A stretch of 64,000 nucleotides of DNA from Candidatus Limimorpha sp. (GCA_041842465.1 JBGYXG010000040.1:1788-65787); one strand, 5' to 3'; numbered from the stretch's first letter, positions 25,476-34,757 are shown. Numbers and translations are program-made. Notes: generated by a model not told the origin, from the sequence alone.

Positions 25476-26903
25476 ATGGACTATCAATTCAAAGTATCGG
25501 GGAAAACCCGCAAAGAACACGACCTGTTAGGCGATAAAGAAGTGCCTGTAGAGGCATTGTTTGGCATACAAACCTTGCGCTGCATTGAGAACTTTCAGAT
25601 CAGCGGTCACCTTATGTATGAAGTTAGCGCATTAATAAAGGCATTTGGTCTCGTGAAGATGGGAGCTATTCTCGCCAATCACAAAGAGGGATTGGTCAGC
25701 GACCAGATTAAGGATGCCGTAGTGCAAGCCTGTCAGGAATTGATAGACGGCAAACACCACGAACACTTTCCGATAGATCTGATCCAAGGCGGTGCGGGAA
25801 CCAGCGCCAACATGAACGCCAATGAGGTGATTGCCAACCGTGCCCTCGAAATCATGGGTCACGAACATGGAGAATACCAATACTGTCACCCGAACGACCA
25901 TGTGAATATGGCGCAAAGCACCAACGATGCCTATCCAAGCGCCATGCACCTTGGTATGTATATGATCCATCAGGATTTGAAAGTCGCTTTGAAAAAATTG
26001 CAGCAGTCATTCCAAGTCAAAGCCGACGAATACGCAAATATCATCAAGATGGGACGTACCCAGTTGCAGGATGCCGTTCCCATGACATTGGGTCAGACGT
26101 TCCAAGAGTTTGCCGACGCCATGAAGCATGAATGCCAGCGTATGGATTTTGCCGCCAAGGAATTTTTGGTCATCAACATGGGTGCTACGGCTATTGGTAC
26201 GGGAATTACTGCCACTCCGGGATATGCGGAAGCCTGTGTGGAGTTCATCCGTAATATCAGCGGGTTGAATGTGACTCTGGCCGAAAATCTGGTTGAAGCC
26301 ACTAACGATACGTCTGCGCTTATCACCTACAGTTCTGCCATGAAGGGCTTGGCACTTCGTCTTTCCAAGATCTGCAACGACTTGCGTCTGCTTTCTTCGG
26401 GACCTCGTACCGGTTTGGCCGAAATCAATCTGCCTGCCCGTCAGCCCGGATCGTCCATCATGCCGGGAAAGGTGAACCCCGTTATTCCTGAGGTGGTGAA
26501 TCAGGTTTGCTTTAAGGTGATCGGCAACGATGTTTGTCTGACTTTGGCTTCCGAAGCCGCTCAGTTGGAGCTTAACGTGATGGAGCCTGTGATGATGGAA
26601 AGTTTGGTGGAGAGCGCCTTCTGGTTGGAGCGTGCCATGAACACCCTGCGTACACTTTGCATCGACGGCATCACCGCCAATGCCGACCACTGCCGTGAAA
26701 TGACCATTCACAGTATCGGCATTGTTACCGCATTGAAACCCTATATCGGCTATGCGAACTGTACTACCGTAGCGAAGGAAGCCTTGGAAACGGGAGGAAG
26801 TGTTTATGACTTGGTCTTGAAAAAAGGAATGCTTACCAAGGAACAGTTGGATCGCATCTTGGATCCTGCCAACATGGTAAAACCTGTCAAAATTGAACTT
26901 TGA
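25476..26903 (+). CDS. aspA: aspartate ammonia-lyase
   Basis: QGGAGTSANMNANEV, HPNDHVNMAQSTNDAYP, and the GSSIMPGKVNP signature. The N-terminus is closer to AspA than to FumC. Confidence 0.9.
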   Translation: MDYQFKVSGKTRKEHDLLGDKEVPVEALFGIQTLRCIENFQISGHLMYEVSALIKAFGLVKMGAILANHKEGLVSDQIKDAVVQACQELIDGKHHEHFPIDLIQGGAGTSANMNANEVIANRALEIMGHEHGEYQYCHPNDHVNMAQSTNDAYPSAMHLGMYMIHQDLKVALKKLQQSFQVKADEYANIIKMGRTQLQDAVPMTLGQTFQEFADAMKHECQRMDFAAKEFLVINMGATAIGTGITATPGYAEACVEFIRNISGLNVTLAENLVEATNDTSALITYSSAMKGLALRLSKICNDLRLLSSGPRTGLAEINLPARQPGSSIMPGKVNPVIPEVVNQVCFKVIGNDVCLTLASEAAQLELNVMEPVMMESLVESAFWLERAMNTLRTLCIDGITANADHCREMTIHSIGIVTALKPYIGYANCTTVAKEALETGGSVYDLVLKKGMLTKEQLDRILDPANMVKPVKIEL

Positions 26904-26941
26904 GTGTTAGAGTGCTAAATAATTAAGTTGGTTAATGTGTT

Positions 26942-26979
26942 GGCCTGTCCTTGGTTTTTTGGGGACGGGCCTTTTTTTT
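26942..26979 (+). terminator. rho-independent terminator after aspA
   Basis: Stem GGCCTGTCC/GGACGGGCC followed by T8. Confidence 0.7.
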
Positions 26980-27103
26980 GCATCGACTGACATGATGATT
27001 TTTTGATTTCATCCTTGCTTGCATCATTCCGAAAAGAAACCCTATCACCGGATGATGGCAAAGGCTTTTTGTTTTTTCATGGCAAACTATCAATGTTTTT
27101 GCC

Positions 27104-27111
27104 TATTTTTG
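27104..27111 (+). promoter_or_regulatory. -7 box TATTTTTG inside the listed ORF 27019..
   Basis: Exact TAnnTTTG match. If it is functional, the in-frame ATGs at 27019-27079 are not translated. Confidence 0.3.
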
Positions 27112-27156
27112 CCCATACAACACTTTTCGATTAAGGAAAATATCAATAATAATAAA

Positions 27157-28221
27157 TTGAAATACAACAGATTACAATCATTATTAGGGCTGATCATTGC
27201 CTTTTTGCTAATCGCTTCCGTTTCCATCCGGCGCGATGGCAGGTTATTGGGACGCAGTCTGACCGCCAACACGAAAGAGAAAACCCAAGTGGAGTCGAAA
27301 ACGGGAGACACTCTTATTATCAACACCACTGAAATAGGAAAAGACATCATCGGGTATAATGGGCCGGTGCCGTTGGAAATTTTCATTTGCCGTGGTCGTG
27401 TCGTGAAAGTGGTGGCTTTGCCCAATGCGGAAACACCCGGTTTTTTTGCGCGGGTAAAGGGGCTGCTCAATCGATGGAACGGCTTAACAGTGGAAGAAGC
27501 ATTGGCATTGGATGTTGATGCGGTGGCGGGTGCCACGTTTTCGTCGAATGCGGTCATCGGCAATATGAGAAGGGGATTGCAACAGGCACAGCAACAGTCG
27601 GTTACAAAATCCGTTTGGAATACTATCAATATCACCCCTCAGTTTGTCATTGGATTAGTGGTGGTGCTGATGGCGGCGATACTGCCATTATTGGTGCGCA
27701 ATAAAGCGGTACGTATCATTCAAATGGTGCTGAATGTCATCGTTTTGGGATTTTGGTGCGGTGCATTCATATCGTATGCATCCTTGGTGAATTACATGTC
27801 CAACGGTATGAATGTCATCGTGTTGGCCGTCCCTTTTGTGATGCTTGTCACGGCTTTCGTCTATCCGTTGTTTGGCAGGAAAGCGCATTATTGTTCTTAC
27901 GTATGCCCATTCGGTTCCTTGCAGCAATTGGTGGGAATGTGCGTAAAATACAAATTGCCGATAAAGCCTTCTGTCGTTAAAATCTTGGGCAGGCTGAGGC
28001 AGGGACTATGGGCGGTGCTGATGCTGTGCATGTGGTGCGGCGTGTTGTTCAAGTGGATGGACTATGAGTTGTTTTCCGCCTTTTTGTTTGGCTCGGCATC
28101 GTGGGTTGTGATAGCCGTTGCTGTGGTTTTTGTGCTGTTGTCAGCCATTGTCAATAGGCCTTATTGCCGTTTTGTTTGCCCGACGGGAACCTTGCTGCGG
28201 ATTAGTGAATTGAGAAAATAA
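27157..28221 (+). CDS. membrane FMN-binding-domain / NapH-NosR-like iron-sulfur protein (start uncertain: TTG 27157, or an ATG at 27019-27079)
   Basis: N-terminal TM helix. FMN_bind-type motif DAVAGATFSSNAV. Then 4-5 TM helices with CSYVCPFGSLQ and CRFVCPTGTLL (CxxxCP) motifs. Confidence 0.75.
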   Translation: MKYNRLQSLLGLIIAFLLIASVSIRRDGRLLGRSLTANTKEKTQVESKTGDTLIINTTEIGKDIIGYNGPVPLEIFICRGRVVKVVALPNAETPGFFARVKGLLNRWNGLTVEEALALDVDAVAGATFSSNAVIGNMRRGLQQAQQQSVTKSVWNTINITPQFVIGLVVVLMAAILPLLVRNKAVRIIQMVLNVIVLGFWCGAFISYASLVNYMSNGMNVIVLAVPFVMLVTAFVYPLFGRKAHYCSYVCPFGSLQQLVGMCVKYKLPIKPSVVKILGRLRQGLWAVLMLCMWCGVLFKWMDYELFSAFLFGSASWVVIAVAVVFVLLSAIVNRPYCRFVCPTGTLLRISELRK

Positions 28222-28230
28222 TGTAATAAT

Positions 28231-29418
28231 ATGAAAATCAATATTTTAAGTATTATTTTGGCATTGGCAGTCGTGCTGCTTTGCATACAGCTTATCCGTC
28301 TGAGAAGCATGGGTGATATGGCGCAGCCAACCGAGGATCAGGATGCAGAGAGGGTTGTGCTTGATAATATCGCCACAAGGGTATCGGTTCGGTCTTATCA
28401 GGACAAAGCGGTGGAGCAGGAGAAAATCGAAAAAATGCTTCGTGCCGGCATGGCGGCACCTACTGCTGTCAACAGGCAGCCTTGGCATTTTGTCGCGGTC
28501 ACGGAAAAAACTTTGTTGCAACAAATTGCTGCGATTACACCGAATGCCGGCATGGTAGCTCAGGCGCCATTGGCCATTGTGGTGTGTGGCGATATGAGCA
28601 AGACCTTGCAAGGTGCCGCAAAAGACTTTTGGATACAAGATGCTTCGGCAGCCACTGAAAACATTTTGCTGGCAGCCCATGCCATGGGGCTTGGAGCCGT
28701 TTGGACCGGGACTTATCCCGACACGGTGCGATGCCGGGCTGTTAAAGATTTGCTGGGGTTGCCCAGTCGGATGGTTCCGTTGTGTACCGTTGTGGCAGGC
28801 TATCCTGCCGAAAAACCGCAGCCCAAGGATAAATGGAAACCGGAGAATGTTTCCTATAACGTTTACGGAGGAGGTCGAGGCGGTGCCATTGTTGCACAGC
28901 AGTCTCAAAAAAAGAACTTCAAGGCTTTTGATGTGCGGGAGTCGTTCCGTGTCAATCCCTTTATCTATGCCGATGGCGACGGATTGCTGCTTGCCTCTGG
29001 CGACAGCGTGTTGAGCAATGCCATGACCATAGGTTGGTTCAATATGGGCACCTTGTGGGACCATAAGCCGACGGTCACGGTTTATGTGAGGGAAAGCCGT
29101 CATACATTCTCCCTGATGGAGCAGCATCCGTATTTTTCGGTGATGTACTTCAACGACAAAAAGGTATTGCAGTACATGGGCAGCCACAGTGGACGTGACG
29201 GCGATAAGGCCGCTGCACTTGGATTGCACGTGGCATATACCGAAAACGGTACCCCTTATTATGAAGAAGCCGAATTGGTGTTGGAGTGCCGTATGCTCTA
29301 CAAAGCACCGTTTGAACAGGAGAGTTTCATGACCGATCTGCCCCCAAAGTACTATGCCAAAGGCGAGGCCAACCATCATCTGTATATCGGAGAAGTGGTG
29401 AATGCCCTAAGAAAATAA
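28231..29418 (+). CDS. membrane-anchored nitroreductase-family domain fused to a flavin-reductase-like domain
   Basis: N-terminal TM helix. Nitroreductase motifs RVSVRSY, AP.A.N.QPWHF and LAAHAMGLG. The C-terminal half, about 170 aa, resembles small flavin reductase-like proteins. Confidence 0.7.
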   Translation: MKINILSIILALAVVLLCIQLIRLRSMGDMAQPTEDQDAERVVLDNIATRVSVRSYQDKAVEQEKIEKMLRAGMAAPTAVNRQPWHFVAVTEKTLLQQIAAITPNAGMVAQAPLAIVVCGDMSKTLQGAAKDFWIQDASAATENILLAAHAMGLGAVWTGTYPDTVRCRAVKDLLGLPSRMVPLCTVVAGYPAEKPQPKDKWKPENVSYNVYGGGRGGAIVAQQSQKKNFKAFDVRESFRVNPFIYADGDGLLLASGDSVLSNAMTIGWFNMGTLWDHKPTVTVYVRESRHTFSLMEQHPYFSVMYFNDKKVLQYMGSHSGRDGDKAAALGLHVAYTENGTPYYEEAELVLECRMLYKAPFEQESFMTDLPPKYYAKGEANHHLYIGEVVNALRK

Positions 29419-29502
29419 ATATAACTATTTGATTATATGAATATTGTAAGTTGAATCAATGAGGGTTGATTCGTTATTAATGACAATTCAATACTACCGA
29501 CA

Positions 29503-30720
29503 ATGGAAAAGATATTAGACAAGTTTTTGAGGTATGTCTCTGTGGAGACGACATCTGACGAAAATTCCGAAAGCCAGCCGAGCACGGCCATTCAGCTCAA
29601 CCTGTTGAAGTTGTTGCGCGATGAGTTGCGTGCTATGGGCATTCAGGCTGATTTGGACGAGTATGGCTATGTGATGGCGGGTATTCCATCGAATATGAAA
29701 AAAGAGGTACCCGCCATTGGGTTTATCGCGCATGTCGATACCTCGCCCGACGCATCGGGTAAGGATATCCGTCCGCAGATTGTGGAGAACTACGACGGCA
29801 GAGACATCGTTCTGGATGCCAAGCGGAACATTGCTTTGCGCGTAGAGGAGTTCCCCGAGCTACAGCAGTATAAGGGACAAACCATCATCACAACGGACGG
29901 CAGTACCTTGCTGGGTGCCGACGACAAGGCGGGCGTGGCTGAGATAATGTGTGCTGCGGAATACCTGATGGAACATCCCGAAATCAAGCATGGCGAGATT
30001 AAAATCGCCTTTACCCCTGATGAGGAAATCGGGCGGGGCGTGGCAAAGTTCGATGTGAAGAAATTCGGCGCCCAATATGCCTACACCATGGATGGCGGAG
30101 AGATCGGCGAGTTGGAGTACGAGAACTTTAATGCCGCTGCTGCCAAGATTCGTGTGCAGGGAAGCAACATCCATCCCGGCTATGGAAAAGACAAGATGGT
30201 GAATTCCATGCTTATCGCCATGGAACTCAACGATATGCTTCCTGTAGAGCAGCGCCCCCGCTATACGCAGGGTTACGAAGGCTTTTTCCACCTTACCGAA
30301 ATCAATGGCACGGTGGAAGCGACAACCTTGTCCTACATCATCCGTGACCACGACCGTGCCAAATTCGAAGAGAAGAAAGCGCTTATCACTGCTGTGGCGG
30401 ACTTTCTCAACAAGAAGTACGGCGAGGTGGTGCATCTCGAATTGAAACATCAGTACTGCAATATGCGTCAGGAGGTGGAACCTCATTTCTTCATTGTGGA
30501 AAAAGCCGTCAAGGCCATTGAGATGGCAGGGATAAAGCCCAAGGTGCAGCCCATTCGCGGCGGAACCGACGGCGCCAACCTTTCCTTCATGGGACTGCCA
30601 TGTCCCAATATTTTTGCCGGCGGACATAACTTCCACGGTAAGCTGGAGTATGTGCCGTTGGAAAGCATGGAAAAGGCTATGGAAGTGGTACTGAACATTG
30701 TGAAACTGTTTGCCCAATAG
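29503..30720 (+). CDS. pepT: peptidase T (tripeptide aminopeptidase, M20B)
   Basis: Motifs FLRYVSVETTSDE, HVDT, GADDKAG, TPDEE.G and GGTDG. Confidence 0.9.
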   Translation: MEKILDKFLRYVSVETTSDENSESQPSTAIQLNLLKLLRDELRAMGIQADLDEYGYVMAGIPSNMKKEVPAIGFIAHVDTSPDASGKDIRPQIVENYDGRDIVLDAKRNIALRVEEFPELQQYKGQTIITTDGSTLLGADDKAGVAEIMCAAEYLMEHPEIKHGEIKIAFTPDEEIGRGVAKFDVKKFGAQYAYTMDGGEIGELEYENFNAAAAKIRVQGSNIHPGYGKDKMVNSMLIAMELNDMLPVEQRPRYTQGYEGFFHLTEINGTVEATTLSYIIRDHDRAKFEEKKALITAVADFLNKKYGEVVHLELKHQYCNMRQEVEPHFFIVEKAVKAIEMAGIKPKVQPIRGGTDGANLSFMGLPCPNIFAGGHNFHGKLEYVPLESMEKAMEVVLNIVKLFAQ

Positions 30721-30773
30721 TTGCTGGGTAATCGGATGTAAGATAGTGTCAGGTTGAATGCCAATTTGTTGTG

Positions 30774-32384
30774 ATGTCGGGTAAAAAGTCGGAAACCATA
30801 GCCCAAGGCGAAACGCTTCGTCTCGTTGATGTGGCGGCACGTTTTTCCGTTTCGGTGGCGACGGTGCGAAACTGGATACATACCGGATGTATTGAAGCGG
30901 CAGGAAAAGGTTGGGTGGCGAAAGAAAGTGTCGATCGTTTTGAAGCGGAGGAAGTTGGGTCGAAAAGACTTGTCGTTCGAGCCAACAAATTGCAGAAAGG
31001 CAATCGTGAAGCAAAACCCGTTTTCAATCTCGACAACCGGCCGACGGCGCAATTGGTCAGCGATTATGAATTGTCGCTGAGCGAATCCTATCGCAACCGC
31101 GAGGGTTTATTCTATACGCCTGAAGGCATTGCCGCCGATATGCTTTCCGACCTTTCCGATGTCGAAAACAAGACTTTCTTAGAGCCGTGCTGTGGCTGTG
31201 GCAGTTTTGTCATGGCGGCTATCGCAAAAGGTTTTCGTCCCGATAATATCTATGCCTACGATGTGGATGAAACCGCCGTTGCCATCACCCGTCGGCGGGT
31301 TTATGAGGCGACGGGTTATTGGAGCGACCGCATCGTTTGCGGCGACTTTTTGGATTACAGCTTGCAAACCGACAGGCAGTTTGACTGCATCTACACCAAT
31401 CCGCCGTGGGGAAAGAAACTGACCCGGAGTGAAAAGGCTCGTTATGCCGAGGCTTTTGCCATGTCGGTTGGGACGGATACCAGCGCGTTTTTCTTTTTGG
31501 CGGGACTTAAATTGTTACGTAAAGGAGGACGGTTAGGACTGCTGCTTCCCGATGCGTTTTTCAATATCGCCCGGTTTGAGCCGGTGCGCCGTGTTGCCTT
31601 GACCCACACGATTGAACGTCTGGTGGATTACGGACGGGTGTTCAAAACCTTGATGACCAAGGCGCAGGCAATGGTGTTGACCCAAGCAGAGCCTCGGCCT
31701 GACCATGTAGTGGTATGCCAGAATGATGCACAACGGTTTGAGAGGCGGCAAAGCGGATTTCAAAAACTGCCCAAGCATATCATTAATTTGGGAGTGGATG
31801 AGAATGCTGCTGCTGTGGTGAATCGGGTTTTTTCACATCCTCACGTCATTTTGAAAGGCAATGCCCGGTGGGCGATGGGTATTGTTACTGGCGATAACAA
31901 GGGCCGCTGCCGAAAATCGCCGTGCAAAGGCTATGTGCCGGTCTTTCGGGGCAGGGATATTAGTCCGCAAGGCTTTGCCCCACCTTGCCTTTATATCCGA
32001 GCCGACCTCTCTGGATGCCAGCAGGCGGCGCCTCTTGCCTGCTATCAAGCCAAGGAGAAATTGGTTTATCGTTTCATTTCGAACCGCCTTGTGTTTTATT
32101 GCGACCGTAGCGGAAACTATATACTCAACAGTGCCAATTTGTTAGTGCTGAATGACGACTTTCCGCTTTCGGGGCGGCAGCTTGCCGATTTGCTGAATAG
32201 TGATTGGATGAATTGGCTGTATCGTACGGTTTTTCATACTCATAAGGTGCTGAGGGGCGATTTGGAAAGTCTGCCGGTACCTGTCGGCTATTTTGAGCGG
32301 TTTCATGATTTTGATGAAAAGACCTTTTTGCGGTTTATGGGAATTGAAAAGGTCGGTTCAAACTACAGGATTTCAGAGGAATGA
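30774..32384 (+). CDS. N6-adenine DNA methyltransferase (gamma class, TaqI/Eco57I-like) with an N-terminal excisionase/MerR-type HTH
   Basis: HTH segment LRLVDVAARFSVSVATVRNWIHTG. Motif I is LEPCCGCGSF and motif IV is YTNPPWG. A long C-terminal region is the presumed target-recognition domain. Confidence 0.8.
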   Translation: MSGKKSETIAQGETLRLVDVAARFSVSVATVRNWIHTGCIEAAGKGWVAKESVDRFEAEEVGSKRLVVRANKLQKGNREAKPVFNLDNRPTAQLVSDYELSLSESYRNREGLFYTPEGIAADMLSDLSDVENKTFLEPCCGCGSFVMAAIAKGFRPDNIYAYDVDETAVAITRRRVYEATGYWSDRIVCGDFLDYSLQTDRQFDCIYTNPPWGKKLTRSEKARYAEAFAMSVGTDTSAFFFLAGLKLLRKGGRLGLLLPDAFFNIARFEPVRRVALTHTIERLVDYGRVFKTLMTKAQAMVLTQAEPRPDHVVVCQNDAQRFERRQSGFQKLPKHIINLGVDENAAAVVNRVFSHPHVILKGNARWAMGIVTGDNKGRCRKSPCKGYVPVFRGRDISPQGFAPPCLYIRADLSGCQQAAPLACYQAKEKLVYRFISNRLVFYCDRSGNYILNSANLLVLNDDFPLSGRQLADLLNSDWMNWLYRTVFHTHKVLRGDLESLPVPVGYFERFHDFDEKTFLRFMGIEKVGSNYRISEE

Positions 32385-32389
32385 TTTGA

Positions 32390-33382
32390 ATGATGGATAA
32401 GATCACAGCACTTTCCGGCTTGCAAAGGTACAAATGGATGGACATGGCGAAGTTTCTTTTTGCCAGCCTGATTCCGTTTTTACATGTGGAGTTTGGCGAA
32501 AATGCAGCCATTGAGTTTGTGGGGCAGTATGCGTCGCGTCTCGGTGTGCCGTTCTTTTTCGCCTTTTCAGGCATGATGCTGTCATTTTCCATCGAACACC
32601 GAGGTGGCGGCGTGGCGCTGAAGCGTTTTTTGAAGCGCATTGCCAAGTTGCTCATCGTATGGCTGCTTATCGACACTTATTATCTGTGGATCAATTACAG
32701 CGGATGGGACGGGTTGCATCTTATGCAACTGTTTCTGTTCAAGACGCCTGCATTCCTTTGGTTCCTGACCTCGTTGCTTGTAGCGGCAATTCCCTTTTGT
32801 CTGATAAAAAAGGAAAAATACCTTTATCTGCCTGCATTGTTGTTTTTTGCCATCGGCATGGTGCTGAGTGAAAGCTATAGCTGGCTTTTTGGTGAATTTG
32901 CAGGATACAAGCGCATATTTCTGACTTCGCGCAACGGACTGTTGTTTGCTTTTCCGATGATGTGCGTGGGGAGATGGGCTGGGAAGCAGTGTTTTTCGCG
33001 TTCTGTTGGGATAGGATTGTTGGTTGCATCTGTCCTGCTGTTTGCCGAAATTACGCTTATCGGGCATAAGGCGACACCCGATGCCGACCGCAGCATGTAT
33101 TTTATGCTGCCTTTTGCCATGTGTTTCCTGCTCGTTGCCTTGAAACGGCTGGATCGTATTCTTGAAATTCGTTTCGACACCCGTTTTTTCAGCGAAGCCA
33201 GTTTGGCCATCTATTTGTCGCAAATTCTTTTTATCGATACCATGAACATCTACCTGATTCATACCGGAATTGACCGGCAAATTCTTGCATGGCTGACGTA
33301 TCTTGCTATTCTTATCGTGCCTTCTGTCGTCGTTGGGATGATATTCAGGATTCGGAAATGGAAAAGCAAGATTCAACAATAG
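32390..33382 (+). CDS. membrane acyltransferase (acyltransferase-3 family)
   Basis: About 10 TM helices. The size and pattern fit O-acyltransferases. It starts 5 nt after the methyltransferase stop. Confidence 0.7.
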   Translation: MMDKITALSGLQRYKWMDMAKFLFASLIPFLHVEFGENAAIEFVGQYASRLGVPFFFAFSGMMLSFSIEHRGGGVALKRFLKRIAKLLIVWLLIDTYYLWINYSGWDGLHLMQLFLFKTPAFLWFLTSLLVAAIPFCLIKKEKYLYLPALLFFAIGMVLSESYSWLFGEFAGYKRIFLTSRNGLLFAFPMMCVGRWAGKQCFSRSVGIGLLVASVLLFAEITLIGHKATPDADRSMYFMLPFAMCFLLVALKRLDRILEIRFDTRFFSEASLAIYLSQILFIDTMNIYLIHTGIDRQILAWLTYLAILIVPSVVVGMIFRIRKWKSKIQQ

Positions 33383-33488
33383 ATGAAGATGATTTCTGAG
33401 TGTTGAAAATCACACTGACCGTGAGAATGGTTTTGCGGTTCGTCTTCAAAAATATGCTACCTTTGCCGACTTAAAAAATGATTTGGAT

Positions 33489-34358
33489 ATGAACGTTGAG
33501 GAATATGTCATTGCAAGAGTCAATTATTTGATGCGCGTTGAGGATGCTCGCATTGTGAAACGATTAGAGGGTGGCATGAGCAACTACACTTATGTGGTTG
33601 AGTCGCAAGGCAAGAAATACACCTACCGCGTGCCCGGAAAATATGCCGAGAAGTTTGTCGATAGGGAGGATGAACAGGCTGTCATTCAACAGGTGGATGC
33701 ACTTGGGCTGAATAACGAAACTGTTTATTTAGAGTTGCGTTCAGGCGAGAAGCTGGCGGTTTATGTGGAAGGTACGGTCATGTCGGACACCGATGTGGTA
33801 TCTTACAATGAAAAATCGGTCGAGGCATTGAAAAAATTGCACGGTAGCAGTTTGAAATTCAAGGATTACAATGCTTTTGGACGTTTGGCGGATTATGAAC
33901 GCTATTGCCATGAAACGGGATTTGCGCACAATCAGCCTTATCTCGACTTGAAAAAGCACATGGAGGGGCTGGGCGAGCAGGTGCGCAAAATCAAGATGGT
34001 GCCCTGTCATTGCGATTATCAGCCTACCAATCTGGTGATTGACGGCGATAGGCTTTATGTCCTCGACTGGGAATTTGCAGGTATGAACGACCCGTTTTAT
34101 GATATTGCCTGCTATGGCAACGCCGGTTTCGACAAGGCGCTTTCATTGTTGGAGGCTTATGTCGGTCACAAACCCACACGCGATGAATTAAAGCGTTTGT
34201 ACTTTCACCGAGCGTTCCAATGTCTGCAATGGTATAATGTCGCCATTTACAAGGACCGCATTGGCTTGAGCAAGGATTTGAATTTGGATTTCAATCAAAT
34301 CGCCGACATGTTTTTTGGCATGGCCACCGACTTGATTGGGGAGCACGACAAAATCTAA
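33489..34358 (+). CDS. choline/ethanolamine-kinase-family phosphotransferase (LicA-like)
   Basis: Brenner motif HCDYQPTNLV and the choline-kinase motif LDWEFAGMNDPFYDIA. Confidence 0.8.
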   Translation: MNVEEYVIARVNYLMRVEDARIVKRLEGGMSNYTYVVESQGKKYTYRVPGKYAEKFVDREDEQAVIQQVDALGLNNETVYLELRSGEKLAVYVEGTVMSDTDVVSYNEKSVEALKKLHGSSLKFKDYNAFGRLADYERYCHETGFAHNQPYLDLKKHMEGLGEQVRKIKMVPCHCDYQPTNLVIDGDRLYVLDWEFAGMNDPFYDIACYGNAGFDKALSLLEAYVGHKPTRDELKRLYFHRAFQCLQWYNVAIYKDRIGLSKDLNLDFNQIADMFFGMATDLIGEHDKI

Positions 34359-34363
34359 AGCAT

Positions 34364-34398
34364 GAAAAAAATGCCGCTCCACCAGCGGCGTTTTTTTT
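34364..34398. terminator. bidirectional hairpin terminator
   Basis: A7, stem GCCGCT/AGCGGC, T8, between convergent genes. Confidence 0.65.
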
Positions 34399-34757
34399 CA
34401 ATAAAGAAAATCCATAGCATTGTATTCGCCCCAGTCGCCGTCAAGACCCAGTTCGGCCTTGGCTTCTTCTGAAAGCATGTCGGGCGACCATGGTGGTTCG
34501 AAGGTCAATTCCACTTTCACTTCCTTTACGCCCATAATGGCTTGCACCTTTTCTTTGACCTGTGCAGGCAGCACATCGGCCACCGGACAGTTGGGAGCCG
34601 TGACGGTCATCAGGATGCTCACGATGCCGTCGTCATCGATGTCTAATTCATAAATCAGATGAAGCGTCCAGATATCTACTGGAATTTCCGGATCGTGGAT
34701 GGTCTTCAATACTGCGATGACGGTGTCTTTCAGTTGGTCTTTTTCTGCTTGTGTCAT
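34398..34757 (-). CDS. DUF59/SufT-like Fe-S assembly protein
   Basis: DPEIPVDIW.L.LIY ... VTAPNCP motif. Confidence 0.8.
   Translation of the reverse strand: MTQAEKDQLKDTVIAVLKTIHDPEIPVDIWTLHLIYELDIDDDGIVSILMTVTAPNCPVADVLPAQVKEKVQAIMGVKEVKVELTFEPPWSPDMLSEEAKAELGLDGDWGEYNAMDFLY

Noticed and set aside
28246-29379. 377-aa ORF on the minus strand
   Set aside because: It is antisense to the nitroreductase-fusion gene and has no motifs or export signals. It is a shadow ORF.
29860-31014. 384-aa and 189-aa ORFs on the minus strand
   Set aside because: They are antisense to pepT and to the start of the methyltransferase gene, and both of those + strand genes have strong motifs. They are shadow ORFs.
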